Shown: positions 40,893-50,625, counted from the stretch's first letter. The stretch: DNA of 64,000 bases from Clostridiales bacterium (GCA_017513085.1 JAFWDK010000010.1:192001-256000), one strand, 5' to 3'. Notes: generated by a model not told the origin, from the sequence alone. Program-made: numbers and translations.

Positions 40893-42287
40893 ATGAAAAA
40901 GAGATTATTCGGAAGAAAGGGTTCAATCACGATATTTCTATGTATTATCCTTTCTGCAATCATTCTTCTTGAGAGTGTATATATTTCCGGAGCGTATCAA
41001 AGAAAACGCGAGGTCTTGATTACCGAGGCGGTGTCTCACCAGGTGGAACAGGCTTTGTCTCAGTTTGACAGGGATATTCTGGATTGGTACGGTCTATATG
41101 CTATCAAAGAGGTCAAGGAGGGGACGGCTGTTTTCAAAAGTATGACCGCTTCTTTGAAGGATGCATCTTATGCATATGAGATGACACATCCCTTTGATAA
41201 TGATTGTTTGAAAGACTGCATATCTGATTATATGCGTCTTCGAGGGCTTGCCTTTGAAGGGAATGGCATCCTTGACCGTCTGGGTATTTCGATCTCTAAG
41301 ATCAGGGGAAGCAATAACACTGGTGGAGATGGTATTTCCAGCTGGTTACCAACGTTTAAATCAATGTTGGGCAACAAAAAATATGTCAAGACGATTCTCG
41401 ATAAACTGAAAGACACGATCAGAGATGTCGGCCTAGGTGAAAAAATCGACAAATTCAATTCATTTGTCGACAGTGCAAGAATGGTATGGGAGGAGAAAAG
41501 CAGTGCGGTAATTGAATATGGAGATTCTTCCACTACGATTTCTATGTTTGATCCATCCTCGATTTCAGGATTGACGAATCTGTTTGATAAATACATGGAT
41601 GCTGATCTGCCGGGTTTTATTGACAGAATGATCATGAATGAATATGCAACTTTTCAATTTGACTCGAGATTAACAAATATCATAACTGACAACGGAGCGG
41701 TTCCTGAGACGAATATGATAGGAATCCCGTTTGATAAGATGCATTCCGGAAATCATTCTGATCTGGAGTTTCTTCTGGTTGGTTCGGATTCTGAATCGAC
41801 GAATCAATTTGCGGTGAGCAGTCTGCTTCTTGGCATGCGCTTGCTTTTAGATATGGGCTCATTTCTTATGGATGAAGCTAAGAAACAGACGGCATTTGTA
41901 ATTGCAGAAGTCATGACTTTGATCATTGCTTTAGTGTCTTTAGGTACTGTGATCATTGATCCGTTTACCATCCAATATGTGATCCTCTTCATTATGGCCT
42001 ATATTCAGGCGTGGACAGATGTAGTCAAACTTGTTAACGGTATGAGTGTTCCGCTATTTTATAACGATACATTTCCTTCTGTCGGAAGGCTGACTGATAC
42101 CAGTTATCGGGATTATTTCCGCATTGCGCTTTTGTTTGTTCCGGAAGAATGGCTGTTGATAAGAATGCGGTATGTAATACAACGTGATGCCGGTGCGACA
42201 CTTTATACAGGCATCAAAGGCACGGGGAAACTGCAAGATAGCGAGTATCAGGTGGAAAGGAGGTATGAATTGTATGAGAATCATTAG
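40893..42287 (+). CDS. TadG/DUF5702-like minor pilin
   Basis: Basic leader then G|SITIFLCIIL (prepilin-type site); EY....F, LEFLL.G, SYRDY.RI.L motifs. Confidence 0.7.
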   Translation: MKKRLFGRKGSITIFLCIILSAIILLESVYISGAYQRKREVLITEAVSHQVEQALSQFDRDILDWYGLYAIKEVKEGTAVFKSMTASLKDASYAYEMTHPFDNDCLKDCISDYMRLRGLAFEGNGILDRLGISISKIRGSNNTGGDGISSWLPTFKSMLGNKKYVKTILDKLKDTIRDVGLGEKIDKFNSFVDSARMVWEEKSSAVIEYGDSSTTISMFDPSSISGLTNLFDKYMDADLPGFIDRMIMNEYATFQFDSRLTNIITDNGAVPETNMIGIPFDKMHSGNHSDLEFLLVGSDSESTNQFAVSSLLLGMRLLLDMGSFLMDEAKKQTAFVIAEVMTLIIALVSLGTVIIDPFTIQYVILFIMAYIQAWTDVVKLVNGMSVPLFYNDTFPSVGRLTDTSYRDYFRIALLFVPEEWLLIRMRYVIQRDAGATLYTGIKGTGKLQDSEYQVERRYELYENH

Positions 42288-43296
42288 AAAAAGACGGTTG
42301 AGAATCGGTTCGTTTGTATTGGAGGCCAGTATTGCGACACCGATCGTGGTCGTTCTTTTGGCAGCCATGCTATCGTCAATGACTGCGATCAACTCGGAAT
42401 TATACGTCCAAAGAGCAACGGAAAATGTTGTACAGGAGATCAATCTGGCGATTCCGATTGCTTCACAAGGCTTTTCATGTATTGATGATATAGCTAAATT
42501 CTTTGGAGTAGGTGATCTGCTCGATGTTGATACCAAGGATATTGATACATTTTTAGGCGCTTTTGGAGCAGTGAGCGGAGCAACAGACGTTGATTTCGAA
42601 GATATAGTCGGTACTGTTGCGTTTGGCCGATTGGTAAGAGACAGGATCGTGAACGAGTACCGGAAAATATGTAAGAATAATTGGGTCGCTACAGATCTTT
42701 TAAAAACAATGTCTGTATATTTGGACTATGATAAAGAGAAAAAGTGTATCTTTGTCGATGTTTACTATGAGCTATCAGCAGGCAAGATCTCTTTGTTCCG
42801 AAAGTACTGCACAACGGTTTCCATGTATGCAGATCCGATCCAACGTCCGGAACAGGATCCGGGGAATGGCGAGCAGACTGATTCCATATGGGATCAGGAT
42901 AATTTTGGCAGGGGAATTGCGTTAAGAAAGAAATATGGTGGAAATCTACCGCACAACTATCCTGTTATAAGCGCTTTTAAGGATCATGAAGCGACTTCTG
43001 TCAAAAGCATCGATACAACCTCGCCGTACTATCAAAATCTTACAAAACTGACAGGCGTAGTAAAAGGATATATTGATGATCTGGCGGATTTTCAAGGCGC
43101 CAACTGGGGTGATACTTCTATTTCCGGAGATGATATCCACTCGAGAAAACTCATAATCGTCATTCCTGAGAACGGATCGGAAGAGTGTACTGCAGCAATC
43201 GAGCAATTACGCGCATATGCGGAAAGCCGTGGAGTGAAGCTTCAAATCGAATCTTATGGGGAATCCCACAAATATACTCAAGAACCCGAGCAGTAG
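42274..43296 (+). CDS. TadE-like pilin fused to a C-terminal CdiA EC869-like nuclease-fold domain
   Basis: Class III signal RKRRLRIG|SFVLE followed by a TM helix; C-terminal GGNLP.NYPVI..F.....TSVKSIDT...Y...YID.LADF...RKL.IVIP...AES.GVKL.I. Confidence 0.7.
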   Translation: MRIIRKRRLRIGSFVLEASIATPIVVVLLAAMLSSMTAINSELYVQRATENVVQEINLAIPIASQGFSCIDDIAKFFGVGDLLDVDTKDIDTFLGAFGAVSGATDVDFEDIVGTVAFGRLVRDRIVNEYRKICKNNWVATDLLKTMSVYLDYDKEKKCIFVDVYYELSAGKISLFRKYCTTVSMYADPIQRPEQDPGNGEQTDSIWDQDNFGRGIALRKKYGGNLPHNYPVISAFKDHEATSVKSIDTTSPYYQNLTKLTGVVKGYIDDLADFQGANWGDTSISGDDIHSRKLIIVIPENGSEECTAAIEQLRAYAESRGVKLQIESYGESHKYTQEPEQ

Positions 43297-43406
43297 CATT
43301 ATATTATATATAAATATATACAAAAAAAAGTTGTCATTGAGCAAACCTTGCTGTATATTATTAGTGCTGATAATTTGAGTAATTGTGTTTACTTGGAGGA
43401 GAAGAC

Positions 43407-43646
43407 TTGAAACAGGGAAGCGAGCAAGTACGTGAAGTAGGCAGTTCCCGGCAATCCGGCGGATTCAAGGATCGGGAAAGAGATCTTCCGATCGGAGATG
43501 TTTTGCGTAAACATTACCGGGAGCTTATGACCAAGCGTTTGTTGGTTTTAACTGTTGTCATTCTTCTAATCCTTTTGGTGGTCATTTTTACTGTTAATGG
43601 CTTTTTCGGCCGCATGTTTGATACACTGATGGGATTTGTGGATTGA
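43407..43646 (+). CDS. Small membrane protein
   Basis: GGAGG RBS followed by TTG at 43407; single C-terminal TM helix. Confidence 0.6.
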   Translation: MKQGSEQVREVGSSRQSGGFKDRERDLPIGDVLRKHYRELMTKRLLVLTVVILLILLVVIFTVNGFFGRMFDTLMGFVD

Positions 43647-43653
43647 GGTTATT

Positions 43654-43983
43654 GTGAACGACAAGCTTAAAGACAAACATATGGATGATCTTTTTGACGC
43701 GATTCTTACATTGAAGACTCGTGAAGAGTGTTATTCTTTGTTTGAAGATCTTTGCACGATATCTGAGATCAAATCTTTGGCACAAAGGTTTCAAGTAGCG
43801 ATACTTCTTGCTAAAGGGCATACATACTCCGAGATATTCGATGAGACCGGTGTCAGCACAGCGACGATCAGTCGCGTAAAGCGTTGCCTGGATTATGGTG
43901 CCGACGGCTATAGAACCGTTCTTAGCCGTATGGAAATTGATCCTGTCAATGCTGATAAAGGGAAAATGAAAGGGAACGAGTAA
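43654..43983 (+). CDS. YerC/YecD (TrpR-like) HTH protein
   Basis: LF.AIL.L...EEC..LFEDLCT..E...LAQR, TG.STATISRVKR.L.YG..GY. Confidence 0.93.
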   Translation: MNDKLKDKHMDDLFDAILTLKTREECYSLFEDLCTISEIKSLAQRFQVAILLAKGHTYSEIFDETGVSTATISRVKRCLDYGADGYRTVLSRMEIDPVNADKGKMKGNE

Positions 43984-43985
43984 AA

Positions 43986-46811
43986 ATGAGTATTATTACC
44001 AAAATCTTTGGTACGCACAGTGATCACGAGATCAAGCGCATTATGCCGATTGTTGAATCTATAGAGAAGCTTTCTGACCGCTTTTCCGATATGTCTGAGG
44101 CTGAACTTCGTGGTATGTCGGATGTTTTGAAGAAGAGACTTGCCAATGGTGAAACAACTGATGATATCCTTCCTGAAGCTTTCGCTACGATTCGTGAAGC
44201 AGCGTGGAGAGTCTTGGGAATGCGCCCTTACCGAGTACAATTAATTGGTGGTATTATCCTGCATCAGGGTCGTATTGCTGAAATGAAGACCGGTGAAGGT
44301 AAGACTTTGGTTGCTACTCTCCCGGTTTACTTAAATGCGCTGACAGGCAGAGGCGTTCACGTTGTAACTGTAAACGATTACCTGGCTCGACGCGATAGTG
44401 AGTGGATGGGTAAGGTTTACAGATATCTCGGTCTTTCTGTCGGCTTGATCGTTCATGATCTCGACAACACCGAGCGCCGTAAAGCTTATAATTCCGATAT
44501 CACCTACGGAACAAACAATGAATTCGGATTCGATTATCTCCGTGACAACATGGTCGACAAGAAAGAAAAGATGGTTCAGAGAGAATTGGCCTTTGCAATT
44601 GTCGACGAGGTTGATAGTATTCTCATCGATGAAGCTCGTACACCTCTTATTATTTCCGGTATGGGCGGTGAGTCTTCCGATATGTATACGAAAGCGGACC
44701 GCTTTGTTAAGACATTGAAGAAATTTGTCGTAGTTGAAACAGATGAAAAAGTTGATATCGACGATATCAGCGGTGATTGCGACTATGTTGTTGACGAAAA
44801 AGCCAAGACGGCCGTTCTTACTGCAAATGGTATCAGCAAAGCAGAGAAACATTTTAATGTAAAGAATCTTTCCGATCCGGAAAACTTTGACCTGCAGCAC
44901 TATATTAACAATGCTTTGAAGGCTAACGGTACGATGGAGCGTGACCAGAAGTATGTTGTTACCAACGGAGAAGTTATTATCGTTGATGACTTTACCGGTC
45001 GTCTTATGTATGGGCGTCGTTTCAGTGATGGACTCCACCAGGCGATTGAAGCCAAAGAGGGTGTAAAGGTCGAGCGTGAGTCTAAAACATTGGCCACGAT
45101 CACGTTCCAGAACTATTTCCGTATGTATGACAAACTTGCAGGTATGACCGGTACGGCCTACACAGAGGAAGCCGAATTCCGTCAGATCTATAGTTTGGAT
45201 GTTATTCAGATCCCGACAAACAGACCGATTGCACGTATTGATGAACATGATGCTGTTTATAAGAACCAGAGCGGTAAGTATGCAGCTGTTTTGAGACAGG
45301 TTAAGGAAGCTCATGAAAAGGGACAGCCTGTTCTTGTCGGTACTGTTGAAGTTAGCAAATCCGAGTTCTTGTCGAAGATCTTTACCCGTGCAGGTATCAA
45401 GCATGAAGTCCTGAATGCGAAGAACCACTTACGAGAGGCTGAAATCGTTGCACAGGCCGGACGTTATGGTGCGGTTACGATCGCTACGAATATGGCTGGT
45501 CGTGGTACGGATATTCTTCTCGGAGGTAACCCGGAGTTTATGGCTAAGCAGGAAATGCGCAAACTTGGTTATTCCGAGGAATTGATCGATGCATCCACTG
45601 CGTATAATGAGACTGATGATGAGCTGATCCTTGAAGCTCGTCAGCGTTTTACCACTTTGAATAAAGAGTTCAAAGAGAAGATCAAAGAAGAAACAGAAAA
45701 AGTTGTCGAAGCCGGCGGTTTGTTCATTATCGGTACAGAACGACATGAGTCACGTCGTATTGACAATCAGTTGCGTGGTCGTGCCGGTCGTCAGGGTGAC
45801 CCGGGACGTACGAAGTTCTTCCTTGCTCTGGATGATGACTTGATGCGTCTGTTTGGTGGTGAGCGTGCCAATGCTGCTTTTGAGGCACTGGGTGTTGATG
45901 AAACGGTTGAGATCCAGAATGGTCTTCTTTCCAGACAGATCGAGAGTGCGCAGAAAAAGGTTGAGGGTAACAACTTCAGCATTCGCCGTCACGTACTTGA
46001 GTATGACGATGTTATGAACGTTCAGCGTAATCTTATTTATGAGCAGAGACGCAAGGTGCTTGATGGTGATGATATTCACGATACGATCAAGAAAATGCTC
46101 TCTACTGTTGCGGAGAGAACTGTTAGCAACGTTGCCCTTGACGGAACGATCAACAGTGAGGAATGCGTGGGATTAAAGGCTACTATCCTCGATGTATTCG
46201 GAGATGTTGATGTTGTTAACGACCTTTCTAAAGCTGTGAACAATAAGGAATCTGTTGATGCTTCCGAGATTTCTGAAGCTTTGGTTGAGCAGGGTCTTGA
46301 AAAACTTGAGAGTCGTGATGAAGAGCTTACTCCGGAAGTCTTCCGCGAAGCAGAACGTCAGATCTTGTTATTTAATGTTGACCAGAAGTGGATGGATCAT
46401 ATTGATGCTATGGATCAGCTCCGTAATGCTATCGGAATGAGAAGTGTAGGACAGAAGGATCCGGTTGTTGAGTACAGACTCGAGGGTTCTGAGATGTTCG
46501 ATGAGATGAATATGCTCATTCAGAATGATACGGTTCGTCTGATCATGAAGGCCAATATTGAAGCTGGTCAGAAAATTGAGAGAAAGTCTTCTGTTAAGAA
46601 ACTCCAGGAGGGGCACGGAAATTCGCAGTTGGATGCTGTTGCTAAGCGTGCACAGTCAGGCGTGGATGCCAAGGCACATCAGCAGGCTGGAACAACTGAA
46701 AACCGCGAGCCCGCTAAGAGAGACTCTAAGAAGGTAGGACGTAATGATCCGTGTCCTTGTGGATCCGGAAAGAAGTATAAGAATTGCTGCGGAAAGGACG
46801 CGAATGACTGA
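43986..46811 (+). CDS. secA: Preprotein translocase ATPase SecA
   Basis: EMKTGEGKT, VDEVDSILIDEARTPL, ATNMAGRGTD, QLRGRAGRQGDPG, C-terminal SEC-C. Confidence 0.99.
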   Translation: MSIITKIFGTHSDHEIKRIMPIVESIEKLSDRFSDMSEAELRGMSDVLKKRLANGETTDDILPEAFATIREAAWRVLGMRPYRVQLIGGIILHQGRIAEMKTGEGKTLVATLPVYLNALTGRGVHVVTVNDYLARRDSEWMGKVYRYLGLSVGLIVHDLDNTERRKAYNSDITYGTNNEFGFDYLRDNMVDKKEKMVQRELAFAIVDEVDSILIDEARTPLIISGMGGESSDMYTKADRFVKTLKKFVVVETDEKVDIDDISGDCDYVVDEKAKTAVLTANGISKAEKHFNVKNLSDPENFDLQHYINNALKANGTMERDQKYVVTNGEVIIVDDFTGRLMYGRRFSDGLHQAIEAKEGVKVERESKTLATITFQNYFRMYDKLAGMTGTAYTEEAEFRQIYSLDVIQIPTNRPIARIDEHDAVYKNQSGKYAAVLRQVKEAHEKGQPVLVGTVEVSKSEFLSKIFTRAGIKHEVLNAKNHLREAEIVAQAGRYGAVTIATNMAGRGTDILLGGNPEFMAKQEMRKLGYSEELIDASTAYNETDDELILEARQRFTTLNKEFKEKIKEETEKVVEAGGLFIIGTERHESRRIDNQLRGRAGRQGDPGRTKFFLALDDDLMRLFGGERANAAFEALGVDETVEIQNGLLSRQIESAQKKVEGNNFSIRRHVLEYDDVMNVQRNLIYEQRRKVLDGDDIHDTIKKMLSTVAERTVSNVALDGTINSEECVGLKATILDVFGDVDVVNDLSKAVNNKESVDASEISEALVEQGLEKLESRDEELTPEVFREAERQILLFNVDQKWMDHIDAMDQLRNAIGMRSVGQKDPVVEYRLEGSEMFDEMNMLIQNDTVRLIMKANIEAGQKIERKSSVKKLQEGHGNSQLDAVAKRAQSGVDAKAHQQAGTTENREPAKRDSKKVGRNDPCPCGSGKKYKNCCGKDAND

Positions 46812-47637
46812 TCAAGGCATTTTAGATAAAATCAAGGAAGCTGCGGATTATATCTCTGGCGTTTTGCCTGAGATACCGGATACATGCCTGGTTCTTGGAT
46901 CCGGATTGGGTTCTTTGACCGATCGTGTGAATATTCTTTCAACGATTTCTTATTCGCAGATCCCTCACTTTTTTGCAACCACTGTTCCCGGACATGAAGG
47001 CGTGCTTGTATATGGCGAGCTTTCCGGCAAGAAAACTTTGATCATGAAAGGCCGCTTTCATTTCTACGAAGGTCATAGTACACAGGATATTACTTTCTAT
47101 GTCCGTGTTATGGCTAAACTGGGCGTTAAGAATCTTATCCTGACCAATGCTGCCGGTGGAATCAACGAGAAGATGAAGCCAAGTGAGCTGATGGTTATTA
47201 CGGATCATATTTCTTTTTTGTGTGATTCTCCGCTTAGAGGCCCGCATCATGATGAATTCGGCGTTCGTTTCCCTGATCAGACAACTGTTTATGATAAACA
47301 GTTTATTTCGATACTTTCTGATTGCGCACGTGAATTGAATATTCCTTTACATCAGGGTGTGTATATGTATACGAGAGGCCCTCAGTATGAAACACCTGCA
47401 GAAATCCGTGTTTGCAAGGCGATTGGTGCCGATGCGGTCGGTATGTCTACGGTAGCTGAATCTATTTGCGCATCTCAAAGCGGATTGCGCGTTATGGCAG
47501 TTTCTTGTATCACCAATCTTGCTGCCGGTATATCTCCTACGCCTCTTAGTCACAAAGAAGTGATGGAAAATGCGTTAGCTGCTTCAGACAACAGCATTGC
47601 TTTGCTTGAAAAATTCTTTTCAAAATTGGAGGAATAA
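46804..47637 (+). CDS. punA: Trimeric-type purine nucleoside phosphorylase (PNP/MTAP family)
   Basis: VLGSGLG, GRFHFYEG, TNAAGG, GPQYETPAE, VGMST, ITNLAAG, LSH.EV. Confidence 0.92.
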   Translation: MTDQGILDKIKEAADYISGVLPEIPDTCLVLGSGLGSLTDRVNILSTISYSQIPHFFATTVPGHEGVLVYGELSGKKTLIMKGRFHFYEGHSTQDITFYVRVMAKLGVKNLILTNAAGGINEKMKPSELMVITDHISFLCDSPLRGPHHDEFGVRFPDQTTVYDKQFISILSDCARELNIPLHQGVYMYTRGPQYETPAEIRVCKAIGADAVGMSTVAESICASQSGLRVMAVSCITNLAAGISPTPLSHKEVMENALAASDNSIALLEKFFSKLEE

Positions 47638-47638
47638 T

Positions 47639-48901
47639 ATGAGTGAACTGCCTCTTTATGAGATCAAGGATATTGCGTTAGCCCCAAGCGGACACCATAA
47701 GATCGATTGGGCATATAGAAATATGCCTGTCCTTCGTGCTATTGAAAAGGAACTTCAGGAAACAAAGCCTTTTGAGGGATTGAAGATTTCGGTTAGTGTG
47801 CATGTGGAAGCAAAGACGGCATGCCTTGCTTTGGTTCTTCGTGAAGGTGGAGCAGATGTAGCTTTGACTGGATGTAATCCGTTGTCAACTCAGGATGATG
47901 TTGCTGCGGCACTTGTTGAGCGTGGAATGAAAGTTTACTGTATCCATGGCGCAGATCCGGAAACATACAGAAAGCATCTTGCTATGACGCTTGCTTTTGG
48001 ACCGGATATTGTGATTGACGATGGTGGAGATCTTGCCATGTTGCTTCATTCTACCCACAGTCATCTGGTTCCTAAACTTCTTGGTGCATGTGAAGAGACT
48101 ACTACCGGTGTCCACAGACTTAAAATCCTTGAGGAAGAAGGCCGCTTGGCTTATCCGGTAATTGCTGTTAACGATGCTCGTTGTAAACATCTTTTTGATA
48201 ACCGGTTTGGTACCGGTCAATCTGTTTGGACTGCTATAATGGCGACGACAAATCTTGTAGTTGCCGGTAAACAGGTTGTTGTAGCCGGTTTCGGTATGTG
48301 CGGAAAGGGCGTTGCTCTTCGTGCCAAAGGAATGGGCGCCAGAGTTATCGTTACAGAGATCGATCCTGTTAAGGCGTGTGAAGCTATCATGGAAGGTTAT
48401 GAAGTGATGACCATGGATCAGGCTGCTCCTTTGGGCGATGTGTTTGTAACGGTTACAGGTTGCAAAGATGTAATTACTACAAAGCATTTTAAAAAGATGA
48501 AAGATGGCGCAATTTGCTGTAATGCCGGGCATTTTGATGTGGAAATCAACCTTGTGCAGTTGGCTTCTTTGGCTGTGAAAAAAGAAGTTCTTCGAAATAA
48601 TATCGAGGGATACGTGCTAGAGGATGGTCGTACGATTTGTATTCTTGCGGAAGGACGACTTGTTAACCTGGCTTCCGGTGATGGTCATCCTGTTGAGATC
48701 ATGGATATGAGTTTTGCTCTTCAAGCACAGAGCGCTCGGTATATTGCCGAGCATGGCGCTACTTTGGCTAAACATGTATATGATACGCCGGAAGCTATTG
48801 ATAATCGAGTTGGTGAATTCCTCTTAAAGGCTAAAGGGTGTTCAATTGATAAATTGACGCCAGAGCAGGATCATTATATTCATTCTTGGGATCTGGAGTA
48901 A
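47639..48901 (+). CDS. ahcY: Adenosyl/inosyl-homocysteine hydrolase (archaeal/Thermotoga-like short form)
   Basis: CNPLSTQD, DDGGD, EETTTG, KHLFDNR.GTGQS, NAGHF, EGRLVNL, GHP. Confidence 0.95.
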   Translation: MSELPLYEIKDIALAPSGHHKIDWAYRNMPVLRAIEKELQETKPFEGLKISVSVHVEAKTACLALVLREGGADVALTGCNPLSTQDDVAAALVERGMKVYCIHGADPETYRKHLAMTLAFGPDIVIDDGGDLAMLLHSTHSHLVPKLLGACEETTTGVHRLKILEEEGRLAYPVIAVNDARCKHLFDNRFGTGQSVWTAIMATTNLVVAGKQVVVAGFGMCGKGVALRAKGMGARVIVTEIDPVKACEAIMEGYEVMTMDQAAPLGDVFVTVTGCKDVITTKHFKKMKDGAICCNAGHFDVEINLVQLASLAVKKEVLRNNIEGYVLEDGRTICILAEGRLVNLASGDGHPVEIMDMSFALQAQSARYIAEHGATLAKHVYDTPEAIDNRVGEFLLKAKGCSIDKLTPEQDHYIHSWDLE

Positions 48902-48904
48902 AAA

Positions 48905-50227
48905 ATGGGTAAAGCCGTTCTTTTTTCTGATTTTACAATTGTCACATCACACGATGATTATTCCGTAAGTGTTCTGGAACACGCTTATTGCGTGATTTTT
49001 AACGATCGGATACGATATGTTGGCTCTTCTTCAGATGATGCGGGTAAGATTGTTTCTGAAGTTTCCGGAAACGACTATGAAGTATATGATGGTAAGAATA
49101 AGATTCTTTGTCCGACATTTGCCAATGCGCATGCTCATATGTCTATGTCTATCTTCCGTAATATTGCTGATGATTATGCTTTGAATGATTGGCTTTTCGG
49201 AGAGATCATTCCTAGGGAAGATAAGATGATCGAAGGTGATTTCCGATATGGTCATCTGCTCTCTATTGCGGAAATGATCGAGAGTGGAACTGCTTGCGCT
49301 GCTAATATGTATGATGGCGCCTTAATAACAACTCCTGTCTCTTCGGAGGCGGGTTTCCGTGTGCAACAGACTATTATGGGTAAAAAGTGTGTAGACGGGA
49401 AGTGGTCAGCTAACGAGAAAGATGTTGATGAGTTCTATGCTGTATGCAAGAATCTGAATTCTGATCTGATCCAGGGAAGTCTTCTGGTTCATTCTATTTA
49501 TCTTTATCCGGAAGAGCTGTATCCGGCGCTTACAGAACTGGCGCAAAAGTATAAACTGCCAATCAGTGTTCATATTTCCGAGACTTTGGTTGAGAATGAG
49601 AACTGTATGAAGCAGTATGGTTGCTCTCCGGTGGAGAAACTGAATTCATTTAATATGCTTACTGATACTACCGTTGCGGCACACTGTGTTCATTTAAATG
49701 ATGCTGATCGTTCGATCCTTTCTGAGAAGGGCGTGTGGGTTGCGCATAATCCATCTAGTAATATGAAACTTGCGTCCGGATTTGCGGATACCATGTCGAT
49801 GGATAAGATGAGTGTAAGACTTTGCCTGGGTACTGACGGTGCGGCGAGTAATAACAATCAGGATATGTTTATGGAGATGCGACTGGCTGCTTTCATGGCT
49901 AAAGGTTCAACTTTGGATCCGACGATTCTGCCTGCTTCCAAAGTGTTCCATATGGCTACCCGTAATGGATATCTGGCTTGTGGTTTTTCTGACTGTGGTA
50001 TTATAGAAGAAGGCATGAAAGCGGATATTCAAATCATTGATTATGACTGTCCTCAGATGTGGCCTCTCGGAAACCCGGTTTCGGCACTTGTTTATTCCTG
50101 CGGACCAAAGTGTGTCGAGTCTGTCATGATCAACGGAGATTTCGTGTTATATAAGCATGAATTGACAAAGATCGATCTGGAGAGAGTTAAAGCAGAAACC
50201 AAGAAGACGATGGAACGTTTGAGATAA
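48905..50227 (+). CDS. mtaD: MTA/SAH deaminase (MtaD/DadD-like amidohydrolase)
   Basis: NAHAH, DD..L..WL, H.SET..E, AHCV, HNP.SNMKLASG, GTDGAASNN. Confidence 0.88.
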   Translation: MGKAVLFSDFTIVTSHDDYSVSVLEHAYCVIFNDRIRYVGSSSDDAGKIVSEVSGNDYEVYDGKNKILCPTFANAHAHMSMSIFRNIADDYALNDWLFGEIIPREDKMIEGDFRYGHLLSIAEMIESGTACAANMYDGALITTPVSSEAGFRVQQTIMGKKCVDGKWSANEKDVDEFYAVCKNLNSDLIQGSLLVHSIYLYPEELYPALTELAQKYKLPISVHISETLVENENCMKQYGCSPVEKLNSFNMLTDTTVAAHCVHLNDADRSILSEKGVWVAHNPSSNMKLASGFADTMSMDKMSVRLCLGTDGAASNNNQDMFMEMRLAAFMAKGSTLDPTILPASKVFHMATRNGYLACGFSDCGIIEEGMKADIQIIDYDCPQMWPLGNPVSALVYSCGPKCVESVMINGDFVLYKHELTKIDLERVKAETKKTMERLR

Positions 50228-50267
50228 GACTCTCTATCGTATTCAGCGATACGGAGTCTTCCGATAT

Positions 50268-50344
50268 GCGCTTATAGCTCAGCAGGATAGAGCGTCCGCC
50301 TCCTAAGCGGAAGGCCGCTGGTTCGAATCCAGTTAAGTGCACCA
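50268..50344 (+). tRNA. tRNA-Arg (anticodon CCT)
   Basis: Acceptor GCGCTTA/TAAGTGC, anticodon arm TCCGC-CTCCTAA-GCGGA, T-loop GGTTCGAATCC, encoded CCA; 77 nt. Confidence 0.97.
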
Positions 50345-50345
50345 T

Positions 50346-50378
50346 AAAAGGCGTCTCAACATTTTGAGACGCCTTTTT
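50346..50378 (+). terminator. Terminator after tRNA-Arg
   Basis: AAAAGGCGTCTCAA / TTGAGACGCCTTTTT. Confidence 0.88.
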
Positions 50379-50460
50379 CTTTCTTCCCATTCATATAATT
50401 CATGGTATACTTGAAATAGATGTATTCGATACATTTAATACTTGTATAGGGGGGATGGCA

Positions 50461-50625
50461 ATGTTAACAAGCGCATTTTGTTTATCCAAACTTGTCCGAA
50501 CAGGCGATGTTGTTGACGCACTTACGAAATATGGCCCGATTTGCTTATTTGGCATAGGTTTTTTGATTTTTCTGATATTAGCGATCCTCTCTTGGAAAGA
50601 GTATGTACATGGTAAAAGAAAATAA
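50461..50625 (+). CDS. 54-aa single-TM small protein (absent from the supplied ORF track)
   Basis: MLTSAFCLSKLVRTGDVVDALTKYGPICLFGIGFLIFLILAILSWKEYVHGKRK; G-rich RBS, TG-n-TATACT upstream, terminator at the stop. Confidence 0.65.
   Translation: MLTSAFCLSKLVRTGDVVDALTKYGPICLFGIGFLIFLILAILSWKEYVHGKRK

Noticed and set aside
50186-50390. 67-aa minus-strand ORF
   Set aside because: Antisense reading of tRNA-Arg.
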